Below, piece by piece: positions 24,218 through 36,066 of a stretch of DNA of 64,000 nucleotides (the stretch's first letter is position 1; the number at the start of each line of letters is the position of its first letter). Origin of the DNA: Vitrella brassicaformis CCMP3155 (taxonomy: Eukaryota; Protista; Chromerida); assembly GCA_001179505.1 (NCBI GenBank), contig CDMY01000613.1, forward strand, positions 124,001-188,000. The letters are read 5' to 3'. The translations under genes and the position numbers were made by a program. The notes beneath the pieces are model-generated. The model was not told the DNA's origin. It saw only the letters and a list, made by a program, of their open reading frames with translations, and did no database searches.

Positions 24218-26667
24218 ATGCTCTGCCAAGCCGACATCCGTCGGTTCCTGCGGCCGGCCGCTGCATCAGACGAGGCGGATCTGGAGCCTCAGCAGCACCA
24301 TGAGCAGCAGCCAACAGGTAAGACGATGGCACTGACGACGCAGAAGAGCTGTGAAATGGACAGAAAAGTTGTCAATGTTGTGTCGATGTGTGTGTGTGTG
24401 TTTCAGATTTCAGCAGCCCGGGGGCTCAAGCCATCGCACATGAAATCATCAGACAGCGAAACCTGGTGAGTCAAACACACACAGCGTTCCTGCACACACA
24501 TGGATCTGTCCATCTGTCATCCATTGTGGTCGTCTCCTGCCCCGGCCAATGCATCTCTGTCCGGCATCCCACCCGAGAAGCTGGCCCACGTGTGTGACCA
24601 CCTGCCGACACTGGAGGCCGTCCGTCTTTCCCTCCTTAGCAAGACTCTCCAAGACACGTGCCGGTCGCCGTTCGTCATCCGCCATCTGATCATCACCCCC
24701 GCCACCCACCAGATGTGGCGCAGAGCATCGCGGGCCGTCCTGCGGCAGCTGCGGTGCCGGCTGACCCACCTGCAGACGGCTGCCATCACCACAGACGAGG
24801 AGGTCTACTCGCGAGGGCCCGATCAGGATCGGCCAGGCGATGATGCCGCCAGTGACGACGGGCGAGAAGAGGAGGATGAGCCGCCGCAGGTGGTGGGTGG
24901 CAACGAGGAGGCGACGGAGGGACACCGCCGTGCCCTCGGCTATCGGGCAGTGTACGCCAAGGTGCTCGAGGGTTCGGCGGCATCGCTCAAGAAGTGTCGA
25001 CTGGAGGACACGACGATCACCGCGCCCTTCTCGCCCGACCTGCCGGCCCCCGACAGCCCTCCGAAGGTCACCTTCGGCAAGCTTGAGGAAGTGGTGCTGT
25101 GCGGCGCACTGTGGCAAGGCGTCGCCCATGATCGGCGATGGTCCCTCCCCGCCCTCAAGACACTCGTCATCACCAGCTTTCCCATTGCGCCCCAGTACCG
25201 CAGTACCTGGATCAAGGCGTCGCCACGGCTCACCCACCTGCATCCCTGTTTCACCTCATCCCTGTCGGCCGCCCCTCTCTGACCAACCTGACCTCGCTGG
25301 GCTGCATTCGTCTGAAGGCCAGACACACACCCGCATCCTGGGAGCCGCTGCTGAGTGTGCTGAAGGCCAAGGGGGCGATTGGAGCCAACGGCCGCATCCA
25401 CACACTCGGCGTGTACCTTGACATGGAGCAAATGGAGCCAGATGGCATTCTCACCACCCTGCGAGCCCTCGCCACGGCCATCCATCGGCTGGCTGGTGTG
25501 GGCATATCGGCTGCCGACACACACGTGACGGCCGTCCCCGAGGCATCGTGGAACGACTACATTCTGGCCAGTGTGGTCAACCAGACGCGCCAGCAGGTGG
25601 ACAGTGTCGCGGCGGTCCGGTCGTCTTCAAGCGCTGCAGCTGCGTGCGAGCCGGCTGTGGGCGGCGGGAGGAAGGCGTCCCTCTTTCCCAACATGGTGCC
25701 CCGAGATGACCATGGCGATGATGCGAGCGGAGAGGCAGACAAGAAGCCCACCAAGCGGCCCTTCCAGCTGCTCGTCCTCACGCCCGCCTCCTTCGACCAA
25801 CAGCTGCTGCGTCTCGAGCTGACGTCCTCTGACGTGCTGGCCAAGAAGATCATCCGCGAGATGGCCCGAGCGGCCGAGTCCATGGTGGTCGAGACGGTGT
25901 CGAGCGCGGCACCGGCGGCTGACAGGGGCAGCTTCCGCGATTACGTCTTCGAGTCGCTGAGTCTATTGACCATCGAAGAGTCCGTCGACATTCCGGACGC
26001 CGTGCTGCCATCGCTCCCAGCGACCCCATACAGTCGCTTCCCGCGACTCAAGACCGTCTGCTTCGAGGTGCCGTCCATCCATTTGATTCGACAGGGCGGG
26101 GTGAGGGAGCTGCTCGCGCCGATCAAGGGACAGCTCGAGAAGATCATCGTCGCTCTCACGGATGTCCCCAGCGGATACGACACGAGCTACGGCACCGGCC
26201 AGCCGCCGCCACGTGAGGCCGCACCCGGCCTCCTCGCACAGCTGACTCTAGAGTGCCTTGACACCATCGGCCATGTGGACCAGGTGGTGTTGATCTTTAT
26301 GCCTGATGATGATGACATCAAGGCGTTCCTGCCGCAGATGTCTCCCCTCTACCACCTCTTCACGACGCCCAACCTCGCCGCCCGCCTGCCGCCCATCAGG
26401 CAGCTAATCATCAACACGCCCTACTGTGTCCACGACCGCTTTGGCGATGTGCGGCTGGAGTTCATAACAGCCGTCACCGACAACACACGGGGCCCCCAGC
26501 GTGTGATCTTCAGCGAGGGGTACACTCAGGAATTACTCAGCCCACATCTACTGCGTCAGTCCCCCGCGTATCTCTCGTCTGCTGCTGTGGATGAGGCCCT
26601 GGCATCGGCCGGATCGCCGTTTGTGGTGGTCAAGAGCGACGACAACACACTCACTGTCGGGCGTTAG
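24218..26667 (+). CDS. F-box-like protein with degenerate LRR-like body; internal frame break near 25220-25320 (possible pseudogene or assembly indel)
   Basis: F-box-like segment IPPEKLAHVCDHLPTLEAVRLSLLSKT. ORFs 24500-25282 and 25138-26667 overlap in different frames and both look coding. Confidence 0.6.
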
Positions 26668-27257
26668 ATGTCTCCCTTAGACTTAGACTTAGACTTAGTT
26701 ACAGCATTCGTTGACCTTTGCGTGAGGGGCGTCTTCATGCACATGAAGGACACAGACAGACAGAGAGGCTTCCACATGCGTACCTTGAGTCGAGGTGAAT
26801 CGATCGAGAGCAGAATGGATGGATCAGCGTGGGTGGCTTCAAGCGACACTGCAAATGATGGTATGTAACTAGCTTTGTGTCTATGTATGCAGGAATGTGC
26901 TACGTACACTTCTTTCGTCGTTGATCCATCCATCCCTCCCACTCGCATCGCAGCAGCACCCGTATTGACACACATGCACGCACACAGGCATGACAGTCAG
27001 ACAGGTCCCTGCCTTTCTCCCTATGTCTGTACGTTGATGTGGTAACCACCAGCACTGAGCAGAAACCCCCTTCGTCCGTTACATTAGCCAGACACGCACG
27101 CACGCACTCAGTTCACATGACCTCTTACCCACTCTCACTCATGCAGACACCCACCCCACCCACCCAGACATGCGTCCGTGAGCGAACTTTGAACACGGCT
27201 CTGGGGGCTTTCCTGCCCGCCGCACACACATCCCACACTTATTGGCGGGGCGGGGGG

Positions 27258-27557
27258 NNNNNNNNNNNNNNNNNNNNNNNNNNNNNNNNNNNNNNNNNNN
27301 NNNNNNNNNNNNNNNNNNNNNNNNNNNNNNNNNNNNNNNNNNNNNNNNNNNNNNNNNNNNNNNNNNNNNNNNNNNNNNNNNNNNNNNNNNNNNNNNNNNN
27401 NNNNNNNNNNNNNNNNNNNNNNNNNNNNNNNNNNNNNNNNNNNNNNNNNNNNNNNNNNNNNNNNNNNNNNNNNNNNNNNNNNNNNNNNNNNNNNNNNNNN
27501 NNNNNNNNNNNNNNNNNNNNNNNNNNNNNNNNNNNNNNNNNNNNNNNNNNNNNNNNN
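27258..27557. other. Assembly gap (300 N) flanked by poly-G tracts
   Basis: N run bordered by GGCGGGGCGGGGGG and a >20-nt G run. Confidence 1.
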
Positions 27558-27604
27558 GGGGGGGGGGGGGGGGGGGGGGAGGGGGGGGGAGTGCGGGAGA
27601 GATG

Positions 27605-30519
27605 TCATGAGGCGTATTGTTTCTTGTAATCGTCGATGAAGGCCTCGATCTGTTTCTTGACCTGCTCCTGCAGTCGCTGCAGCAAAGAACGAACACCTAC
27701 ACACACACACACACACACAGAGAGAGAGCACTCATGGATGCTCGCCGCTTCCAATGTCTGTCTGTCTGTCCTCGCTCACCGTCCTCATGGTGCGATGGCG
27801 GTTTCTTCTTGTAGGTGAGCTTGGCGTCGTGCAGCCAGTCCCTCCCCGCCGACATGGCCGACGACACGTCAGGCAGCGACAGCTCACCGCTGACCTTGAC
27901 CATCTTCTCCTCGTCGCTGCGCTTGTCGGCCGCCCCGATGCTGATGCCGCCGATGTCGGGCAGCCGCTCGTCGATGGCCGCCTCCCACGAGAGCTTGCAG
28001 TGGAAGTCGAAGATGAAGCGCTTGGTGCCGCGCAACACGGCGATGTGCGCCTCGCCTGTCAGATCCTTCACACTGGTGACCTGCAACTCGATGGAGACAA
28101 GGAGAGGAAGGAGGGTGAGGATCTTAGCTTCTAGGGGAGGGAGGCTGGCTGCTCACTCACCTTGGCGGTCATTTTCATCATTTTGGTGGCGAGCTGGGCG
28201 AATTTGGCCTGGAAGGCGTCAGGGGAGGTGTCCTCCATCTTGTCAAGACCCATCTGCACGCAGCACAGCACAGCACAGCACCACACAGATAGATAGACTC
28301 ATGGCATCTATCCATAGATGCATTCGTGTGAGCAGGGTGTGGTGTGCAGGTGGTTACTTACCTGTGTGATGGCTTGCACGAATTTTGATGGGTCGGTGCT
28401 CTGGATGAGCAGATCGTCGGCGTTGGACACCTCCGCACCCTCCAGACGACTCCTGAACCGATCCATCGCCCAGCTTGTCACATCTACACACACACACACA
28501 CACAACACAACACATACACATACATTGAAATCACGCCAACCCTCCCTCATGCAGTCGATCGACACTGACTGACCTTTCTCCTCATATGTGGTGCCGGCGA
28601 CGTTCCAGGATGACACGCCCTTGGGATCGTTGGGCTGGGCACTCGCACTTGAAGGCGGGCCGTCGGCATCCATGGCGTCGGACTGATCGCTCGGCTGGGA
28701 GTGGCGACTCTGATGTGCACACACACAGAGACGGACGGATACCGAGTGCAGGGGTGTGTGTGAGAGTGCGCGAGTTGGGACGGTGTGCACCTGGTTGGCT
28801 GTGCCTTGGAGTCTCTGCGGCACGTGGTGTGTTTCCCGCAGCCTCTTCTCCTCCTCTGTCAGCTCCTTCCGGAAATAACAATACCCTGAACCAACAGAGA
28901 GCAATGCCCACACACGAATGCAACCATCTGCTGCTTGGCCTTCACGTGTGTGTGCCACCTACCCAATTTCTTGGTCTCGCTGATGATCCTCTGTTCCTCC
29001 TCGTCATAGTCATGCTCGTCGCCCTTCTTCTCCCCTCCCTCTCCCCCGGCCCCGCCCTCACCCTTGCCAGATGAAGATGCTGCTGCTGCTGACGGCTTGC
29101 TGCCGTTGGCCGCCTGTGCGGTGCCCTCTCGCTCACGCCGCCGCTTCTCGTCCTCTTTCCGCTTCTGATCGGCCTCCTCCCTGGCCTTCTTGTCGGCCTC
29201 CTCTTTCCTCTTCTTCTCCTCCTTCTCGAAATCCTCAAAAGAGATCTCGGACTCGCCCGCATCTGCAGACATTGCGGTAAAGAGGAGAGAGAGAGGGGGA
29301 TGACTGCGTCACTGGAGTGGCGGATGGGGGCGAGTGGGTTGGTGAGTGGATGGGCGCTGACTGACCTTTTTTCCTGGCGTTTTCCTTCTCCCATCTGAGT
29401 CGTCTCTGTCGCGTTTCCTCCTCCTCCCTCTCCCGCCTCTCCTTGAGCTCCTTCTCACGGTCCTCATACAGCATGCCGCCGCCAGAGAACAGACCACCGA
29501 ACCGCTGACATCACACACCACACATAGACGCACGGATGGACGTACTCATGAGCGTGGCGCATGGTTGTCCGGCTGTCACTGACCTTCTTCTGGAGCTCTT
29601 TCTGTTCTGCGATTTTGGTTTTGAGTTTGGCCAGCTCTCTGAGGGCGTCGGCGTTGGCGCTGTCGTACTTGAGAAGCTCCACAAAATCGCCCCGCGCATC
29701 CTCCAAATAACCCGACTGGCTGCGCGCGTGGCCGCGGCGATACAAGGCCTGATCGACGGCACACGAACCCAGTGTGCATATCCCTCTGGTTGTCGCGTGC
29801 GTTGGCCGGTTGCATACATACCTTGACGTTGGTCGGGTCGAGTTTGATGACCTCGGTTGCTGACTGTATGGCTTCGAACCACTCGCCAAGGCGGATGTGG
29901 ACCGCTGCCAGATTGAGATGCAGCGACTTGCCGATCTCAGCAGCACCGTGAACCTGAGAGGGGCAGGCAGGCAGGCAGGCAGGCAGAGGAGGAGCAGGGG
30001 GGCCAGTCAGTCGAGTGTTGTGATTGAGGGTGTGTGTGCGCTCGGCTGGCTCACCCCTTCTGCTTTCTTCAGGACTTTGAGCCCCTCCTTGTACTTGTCA
30101 CGGGCCGTGACGTTGTCGCCTGCGGACACCGTCATCAGACAGATGGAAGCAGAGACCGGGTGCGTGCGTTGTGGCTGCCTTTCGTATACCTTGCTTGAAG
30201 CGCTCATTGCCATAGTCTTTGAACGACACCGCCCTTCAGAAACACACACACACACACACTGGTGAGTGAGAACTGACGCAAGTCCTCTGTTTTTCTCCAT
30301 CACGTACCGCGTCATCCGTTCCTCTGCAGTGATATTCTCCTCCCCGCCACTGCCCCCGATGTCATCGCTGTCGATGGACTCCACATCGTCACCCTTTTTG
30401 TCCTTGGCCGAAGTGGCAGGCGGCATCTCCTCGTCGGTCTTGTTCTTTTTGCTGGCCTCAGCCGCAGCCGCAGCCATCTCCTGGTCTGCTGGCATGGAAG
30501 GCGGAATCGATGCGCTCAT
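27605..30519 (-). CDS. TPR + Aha1-N-like (Hsp90 ATPase activator) fusion co-chaperone
   Basis: TPR exons AVSFKDYGNERFKQGD, LHLNLAAVHIRLGEWFEAI and ALYRRGHARSQSG. Charged linker, then SSWNVAGTTYEEKDVTSWA and GEAHIAVLRGTKRFIFDFHCKLSW, typical of Aha1_N-like domains. Stop TGA at 27605-27607. Confidence 0.8.
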
Positions 30520-30938
30520 CGTTGAATAGGTGCTTGGCAGACCACTTAGCCCAGCTCGGCGGAAGGATTTGACAAGACCAAAGCAGCGTGGCTGTGTGTG
30601 TATGTCAGCACACACCCCTTAACCCTTGTGCGTGAGCGTAGGACGGACAAGCAGATCCTCTGCGAGCTTCACTCGCGCTGGAGGTGAGCTCGCACATCTC
30701 TCGTCTCTCGAAGATCCTTCCTCTTTCCCCCGGGCACAGGCATCCTCATCGAGAGCCTCGCATAGATCTGGCGAGACCTGTCGAGATCTGCACACCACCG
30801 CACTGACCCCGTCTGGCCGGTCCTTTCTGCACTCGACGCTGAGCTTCCTGTCTGTCTGAGCTTCCTGTCTGACTGTCTACCTGTGACGAAGTCACCCACC
30901 CACCGCAGCACCCACACTCGGTGGCTCTTTTTCACACC

Positions 30939-31598
30939 ATGAGGGCGACAGCCGTTTCCCTGCTCCTCATCTGCCTCTCAGCCGCTCTGGCACTGTCCGC
31001 CGCCTTCAGCCTGCGCCCGGCAGCTCGTGTCCTGGATGGCCCAGCCCCCCTCTTCCCCTCCCCCCTTGTGCGGCTTCGGCGGGTGAGCAGCCCTCTGCTG
31101 TCAACAGCGCCACTAGCAGGCATCCGTAGGCGACTTGGTGGCGCCGCGGGACGATCTCGACTGAGCGCCAAACCTGATTGGTGAGCACATAGCGGGATGG
31201 ATTGAGAGCAGCGGGGAGACATGCCATGGGCTGTCGGGTGCATGTGTGTATGTGTGTCTCTGTGTGTGTCTCTGTGTGTGTGTCTGTGTGTGCAGGTGGC
31301 CTGATGCGATTCCGTTCCCTGAGGGAGGCGAGGATGGCGAAGGGTGGTCCATACCCATCCCATCACTGCCACAGGTGGGCAAACGCACAACCACACAACC
31401 ACCGCGACACAGACACTAAACACCTGACCTGACTGACTGACCCACCCGATATGGTCTGTCTCTCTGCATGTGCCTGTGTGTGTGCAGCCGCAGGCTGTGC
31501 CGATCCCCATTGCCATCCCCGTGCCGGCCCAGCAGCCGCGAGACTGGCGGGACGACGACAAATGGGGCGCGCCGTACCCGCCCTACTCACCGTACTAG
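30939..31598 (+). CDS. 143-aa protein with bipartite plastid-targeting leader and a short Pro/Trp-rich mature part
   Basis: Exons 30939-31180, 31296-31374 and 31488-31598 join in phase with canonical GT-AG sites. Leader MRATAVSLLLICLSAALALSAA-F is followed by an Arg/Ser/Leu-rich, acid-poor stretch. Confidence 0.75.
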
Positions 31599-34500
31599 AC
31601 CGCATGGCTGCCTCCTACTCAGCACAGAGAATTCGCGACGGCATGACTAGACGCTGCTGCTGTATATTCCATCCGTCTGTCTGTCTAGAGAAAGAGTGTC
31701 TCGGTATGTATTTGCTAGTGAAGAGAGGAGGGAGGGGGGGAGGGAGGGGGGTGGGGAAGGTTTTGACCGGGTGGGTCTGGCTGGAGTGGTGGGGATTGGT
31801 TACCGTTTTGGGGCTGGGTTGGCGGGAGGGGGGGTGGGTGGGTCATCATCATCAGAGAGGGAGGGTTTCATCGCCGGGGTGCTGCGTAGGAGAGGCAACA
31901 ACACGTGTTTCGTTTGAGAGAGAGAGGTGAGGCCCATGCGGGTTTCTCGTGCCGTGGGTGCGCCCGAGTGCTATGGGGGTGTGCCGAGCGTGTCGTCAGA
32001 GATTCCGTCGGAAAATTCCCACTTTCCAAAGGATTCTGTGATGGATGACACACTCGGCACAGCCCCATAGCACCACGGTCAGCACGGCACGATGGACAGT
32101 TCCGCCCTGTCAGGTCCAGTTTTGACGTTTAGAGACCGCAAGACAGTCAGACAGACACACACACACGCGCGAGCTCAAGGCCGGGAGGGAGAGAGGCGCA
32201 GATGGCACCACCCACCCCAATTTGCTTTTTATTGCACCCCTGACTGACTGACTGGCCGGAATTAATGTACGGACACCTTCTCTCTCTAGCCCCCCTCTAG
32301 CCTCTGTCTGCCGTCCACGCATGGCGTCCCCGCCACTCACTGCGTTTTACATTTTCGTGGTCATGGCTTGACGGATTGCCTGTGCGTGTGTGTGTGTGCG
32401 TGTGTATGTCCGTGTGCACACGACGGGCGGCTGAGGTCTCCCCGGCCGTGTATAAATTCCCCCCTGTGCAGAGAAGGTCGGGGAGGCAGGCCGCTTGTCG
32501 CTTCGTGCTCGGTTTGCGTGTGTGTGTGTGTGGGTGTGTATGCGCGTGTGTGTGATGCTCTGCCAGACAACTAGGCACCGGGGGCAGCGCAGCAAAAGTG
32601 TGATGGCGCTGCCCCGGTGTCTGCGTGTTGTGTGTTGCGGGTGCGAGATGCGTAACACCCATGTGTATCTCTCTCTTTCTCTCTTTGTGCGTGTGTGTGT
32701 GTGTGTGTATGTGAGGGCTCTCGTGCTGTACAGTGCCCTGCGCGAGAGAGGGATGACAGGAAAGAAGGAATTGACATAGTCTGGTGCTGGTTGGTTGGTT
32801 GGTTTTGACTCTCCTGCTGCTGTCGTGTTGCGTGTTGCACGTCGAGAGAGCGAGTGGCGCACTCAGATGACATGGATGGAGTGGATGGAAGGGCATGTGT
32901 GTGTTGTGTATTGGTGGATCGGCCGATCGGTCTCTTTTTGGCTGCCTTCGCTGTGCCTATGGCCATGTCCATGTCGGCCCTCGGTGTGTTGGTCTGGGAG
33001 GCTGCTGCACATCACATCACATCACGCCACGGCACGCCCTACTCCACCACTGGCTGGTTGGATGGCTTTCCGCCGCCATCCATGTATCATAGCTAGACAG
33101 AAGGAGAGATGAGGGAGGGAGGGAGGGAAGAAAAGTCCACACACCGCCGCCTCGCTCATGGACAACCTGATCCAGTTGTCTTGATTTGGCGTAGGGGAAG
33201 AGACCTGCTGGCTGTGGGACATGTCAGTCGGTAGGTGACTTCCCTTTGGCCACAGAAAAGACAACAGATCGGGTATGTGGAGTGAGCGGGCCCAGACAGA
33301 AGAGGAGACGGCACAGACCCTCGCCGACTTGGCAGTTGCTTGCTTTTGTCAAGGCACTGGTACCGTGGTGGCCCACCGCCACACACCTGTATATAGCTAC
33401 CTTCCTACCTACCTTTACACGACTACTATCTGTGAGTGAGTGAGGGAAAGAGGGGCACTGACTGACCGACAGACATGGCCAGCAGGGGACGGCAGCCACT
33501 GACTGATTCAGACAGCCGGATACGACACACATAGTGGGGAGTGGTCCTCACTTGACTGATACACAGGCACACGCCTGCCTGCCATGCTGCATGCTACTGC
33601 CTGAGCGAACTCCCACTCCCGGCGGCTTTTGGTTGTGAGAGAGACACACACAGAAGGCGGCGAGGCAGAGAGAGAGAGAGAGAGAGAGATGGGAGGTGGG
33701 GGTGAGAGGCAGGACAGATTTCAAGGAGCGGCGTTTTCTCGTCTCCCCGTGTCACGTCGGTCGACTGAGTGGGTAACAGCACTGGCTTGGCTGTCTGTTG
33801 TGTTGTGCAAGTGTTGGTCGGTCCTGCTGATTTGATGTGTGTACCACCGCTTCTCTCGAGAGGATTCTCTGTTCCCCGCCATCTCGTCGCCTGTCGCACT
33901 GAGGTGCCTTCTGGTGCACCAGGAGGCATTCAAGTGCAGCAGGAGACGGAACGGTCGGCCAGGAAGACTCCGCAAGTGGGTGTTTGTACCCCTGTCTCTC
34001 TCTCTCTCTTTCTCTCTCTCCTTTTTATCCACTCCCGTGTCGGTCGTCGGTGTGTACCTATATCGCTGGTCGATGTCTCTCTTGCTGCTGCTGCTGCTGC
34101 TGTGTCGTGTCTGCATGCGCCATCGCACTGCCTGCTGCCTGGACCTCTCGCGTCGTATGTGATGTGTGAGTGATGTGGTGCCTGTCGTCGAGTCCCTGGC
34201 CATCCAGACGGATGTGCCTCGTCAGACAGGGGAGAGAGAGGGCACACACAGTCGCTGTATATCTGTGTATGTATGTGTGTAGTTACGTTCGTTTGATTGC
34301 GATGAGTGAGGCCGGCCGGTTCTGGTGGGCGTGCGTTGTGTCGGTGAGTGGGGAAGAGTGCGTGTGTGTGTGTATGTTTTGAAACGGGTGGTCCTTTCGT
34401 GTGTGTACAAACGCGGTGAGTGGACTATGTTGGACGTCTCGTCTCGTGTGCGATGGCGTGGAGAGAGTTTGGTTGTGTGTAGGTATGAAGTACTGGAGCC

Positions 34501-34617
34501 TGTCTCTCTGCCGACTGAAGCTCGTTCCCATCCATCCATCCATCCATTTGTATCACCATCCACTGCCCATCAAGTAATGCACAGCCAGTCGGGCGGGCCC
34601 ACCCACCTCTTGGCCCC

Positions 34618-34627
34618 AAACCCTAAA
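34618..34627 (+). promoter_or_regulatory. Perfect telo-box-like AAACCCTAAA just upstream of an ATG
   Basis: AAACCCTAAA ends 16 nt before gccATGG at 34644. Confidence 0.45.
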
Positions 34628-34643
34628 GGCACTCGCCCGAGCC

Positions 34644-34904
34644 ATGGATCCCCGTGACGAGCAGTAATTCATTGAGCGCATTGATCCGGCGAAGATTCGG
34701 GTCTTCCAGTTCCACAACTCCGACGGGTTCCTTCAGACCGACACAGAGGGCATTATGTACAGGAACCGAGTGTTGAACGCCACTTTAGTACAGGAACTCC
34801 GAGCGCGTGGATATCTTTCGTCTTTGGTGTTTTTCAAGACCAGTCTGTCAGCGGAGTGGAGCCGTTTACCAGTCACTTCACTGCCCCACGACGGTCCGAC
34901 ATGA
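34644..34904 (+). pseudogene. 87-codon intronless ORF interrupted by an in-frame TAA at codon 8; weak GYF-like C-terminal resemblance
   Basis: MDPRDEQ*FIERIDPAKIRVFQFHNSDGFLQTDTEGIMYRNRVLNATLVQELRARGYLSSLVFFKTSLSAEWSRLPVTSLPHDGPT*. Complex, non-microsatellite sequence within a repeat-rich region. Confidence 0.4.
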
Positions 34905-36066
34905 CATGGCATGACTGACATGCGGTGCGTGCAGTGCACCCCTTGTGTCGGTGTCTTAGATACCCATGAAGTGAAGTGTGATTCAGACAGAGACAGACAG
35001 ACAGACAGACAAGGATGCGACATGTGATGTGCGTCCATCCATCGTCACACGAGAGAGAGAGTGCTGGCAGGGTCATCCACCGAACGGTGTCTGTCTTACG
35101 GCTGACCTCACCGCACCCAGCAACACGACAGACACATTCTGACCCTTGCTTGACACGTTCGTGTGTGAGGGGTTTTAAGGGAGGGGGTCGCTTCGTGTGT
35201 CTGTGCGCGTACCTGCGTGAGAGACCGTGTTATGTATGAAGCACACACTAACAGAGTACCACTCTGCTGCGATGAGGCCTTCGAAGCCAATCAGTAGGTA
35301 GCAGTCCGCAGTATAGCGTGTCTGTCTCAGTGCTGTGTACCGTTGGGTCCATTGACGACCATCCCCCCATCCATCCATCCATCCAACCATCCATCCACTC
35401 CAGTGTGATTGATACTCAACCAGCCAGCCACCCACTAAACCAACACTCCTTCCCTCCCTCCCTGTCTGTCTCCCTGTCTGTCTCCCTCCCCCTGTCCATA
35501 TGTGCAATCACTCAGTCAGTCAGTCAGTCCTGGCATGTACAGCGGCAGATAGGCAGGCAGGCAGGCCATTCTGGACAGCTATGCACAAGTCACTCAGTCG
35601 GTCGGCCAGGCGCACTGGGCAGATGGGGGGTTATGCAGTCGAACGCCAAAAGGAATAAGGGAAAAGAACTTCTCTCTCTCTCTCCATACCGTCTGGGGGA
35701 AAAGGAAACTGCGGCAGAGAAAAGAAGACATCTCAATGTGGCTATCGGTCGGGCAGTCTGTTGGTCGCTCGCTGGCCTATCTTGAAACGGGGCGAGCACA
35801 AAAGCCTCCCTCTCTCTCCTCTCCTCTCCTCGCTGGTCCCTCTCTCCCTCCGGCACACGGCCCCTTCCCCAAAGGCACTCGGTCGCCTCTCACTTGATCA
35901 ATCCATCAATCCATCAAGGCACACACGCATAGACACATCCACCCACCCCTCCTGTCTGTACGTCTCCATCCATCCATCCATCCATCCAGCCAGCCAGCCA
36001 GCCATCGACACATGGACCCACCATGCCCGCCCCCACCTGGTCTGTGTGAGTGTGTGTGGATACTAG

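Larger units (their letters stand above)
31600..36060. repeat. Microsatellite-rich, gene-poor interval ((CA)n, (GA)n, (GGAT)n, (GTCT)n, (CAGT)n)
   Basis: Dense short tandem repeats. ORFs here translate to HTHT/CVCV-type runs; the only complex ORF is 34644-34904. Confidence 0.8.

Noticed and set aside
30838-30872. Short tandem duplication CTGAGCTTCCTGTCTG x2, as a possible CRISPR-like or regulatory repeat
   Set aside because: Only two adjacent units with no spacer, in a eukaryotic context; consistent with slippage.
32297-34250. Many 60-200 aa ORFs with HTHT, CVCV or SLSL runs
   Set aside because: Translations of (CA)n, (GT)n and (CT)n microsatellites; no coding signal.
34618-34627. Telomere or interstitial telomeric array
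   Set aside because: Only 1-2 repeat units at each site; treated as candidate promoter motifs instead.
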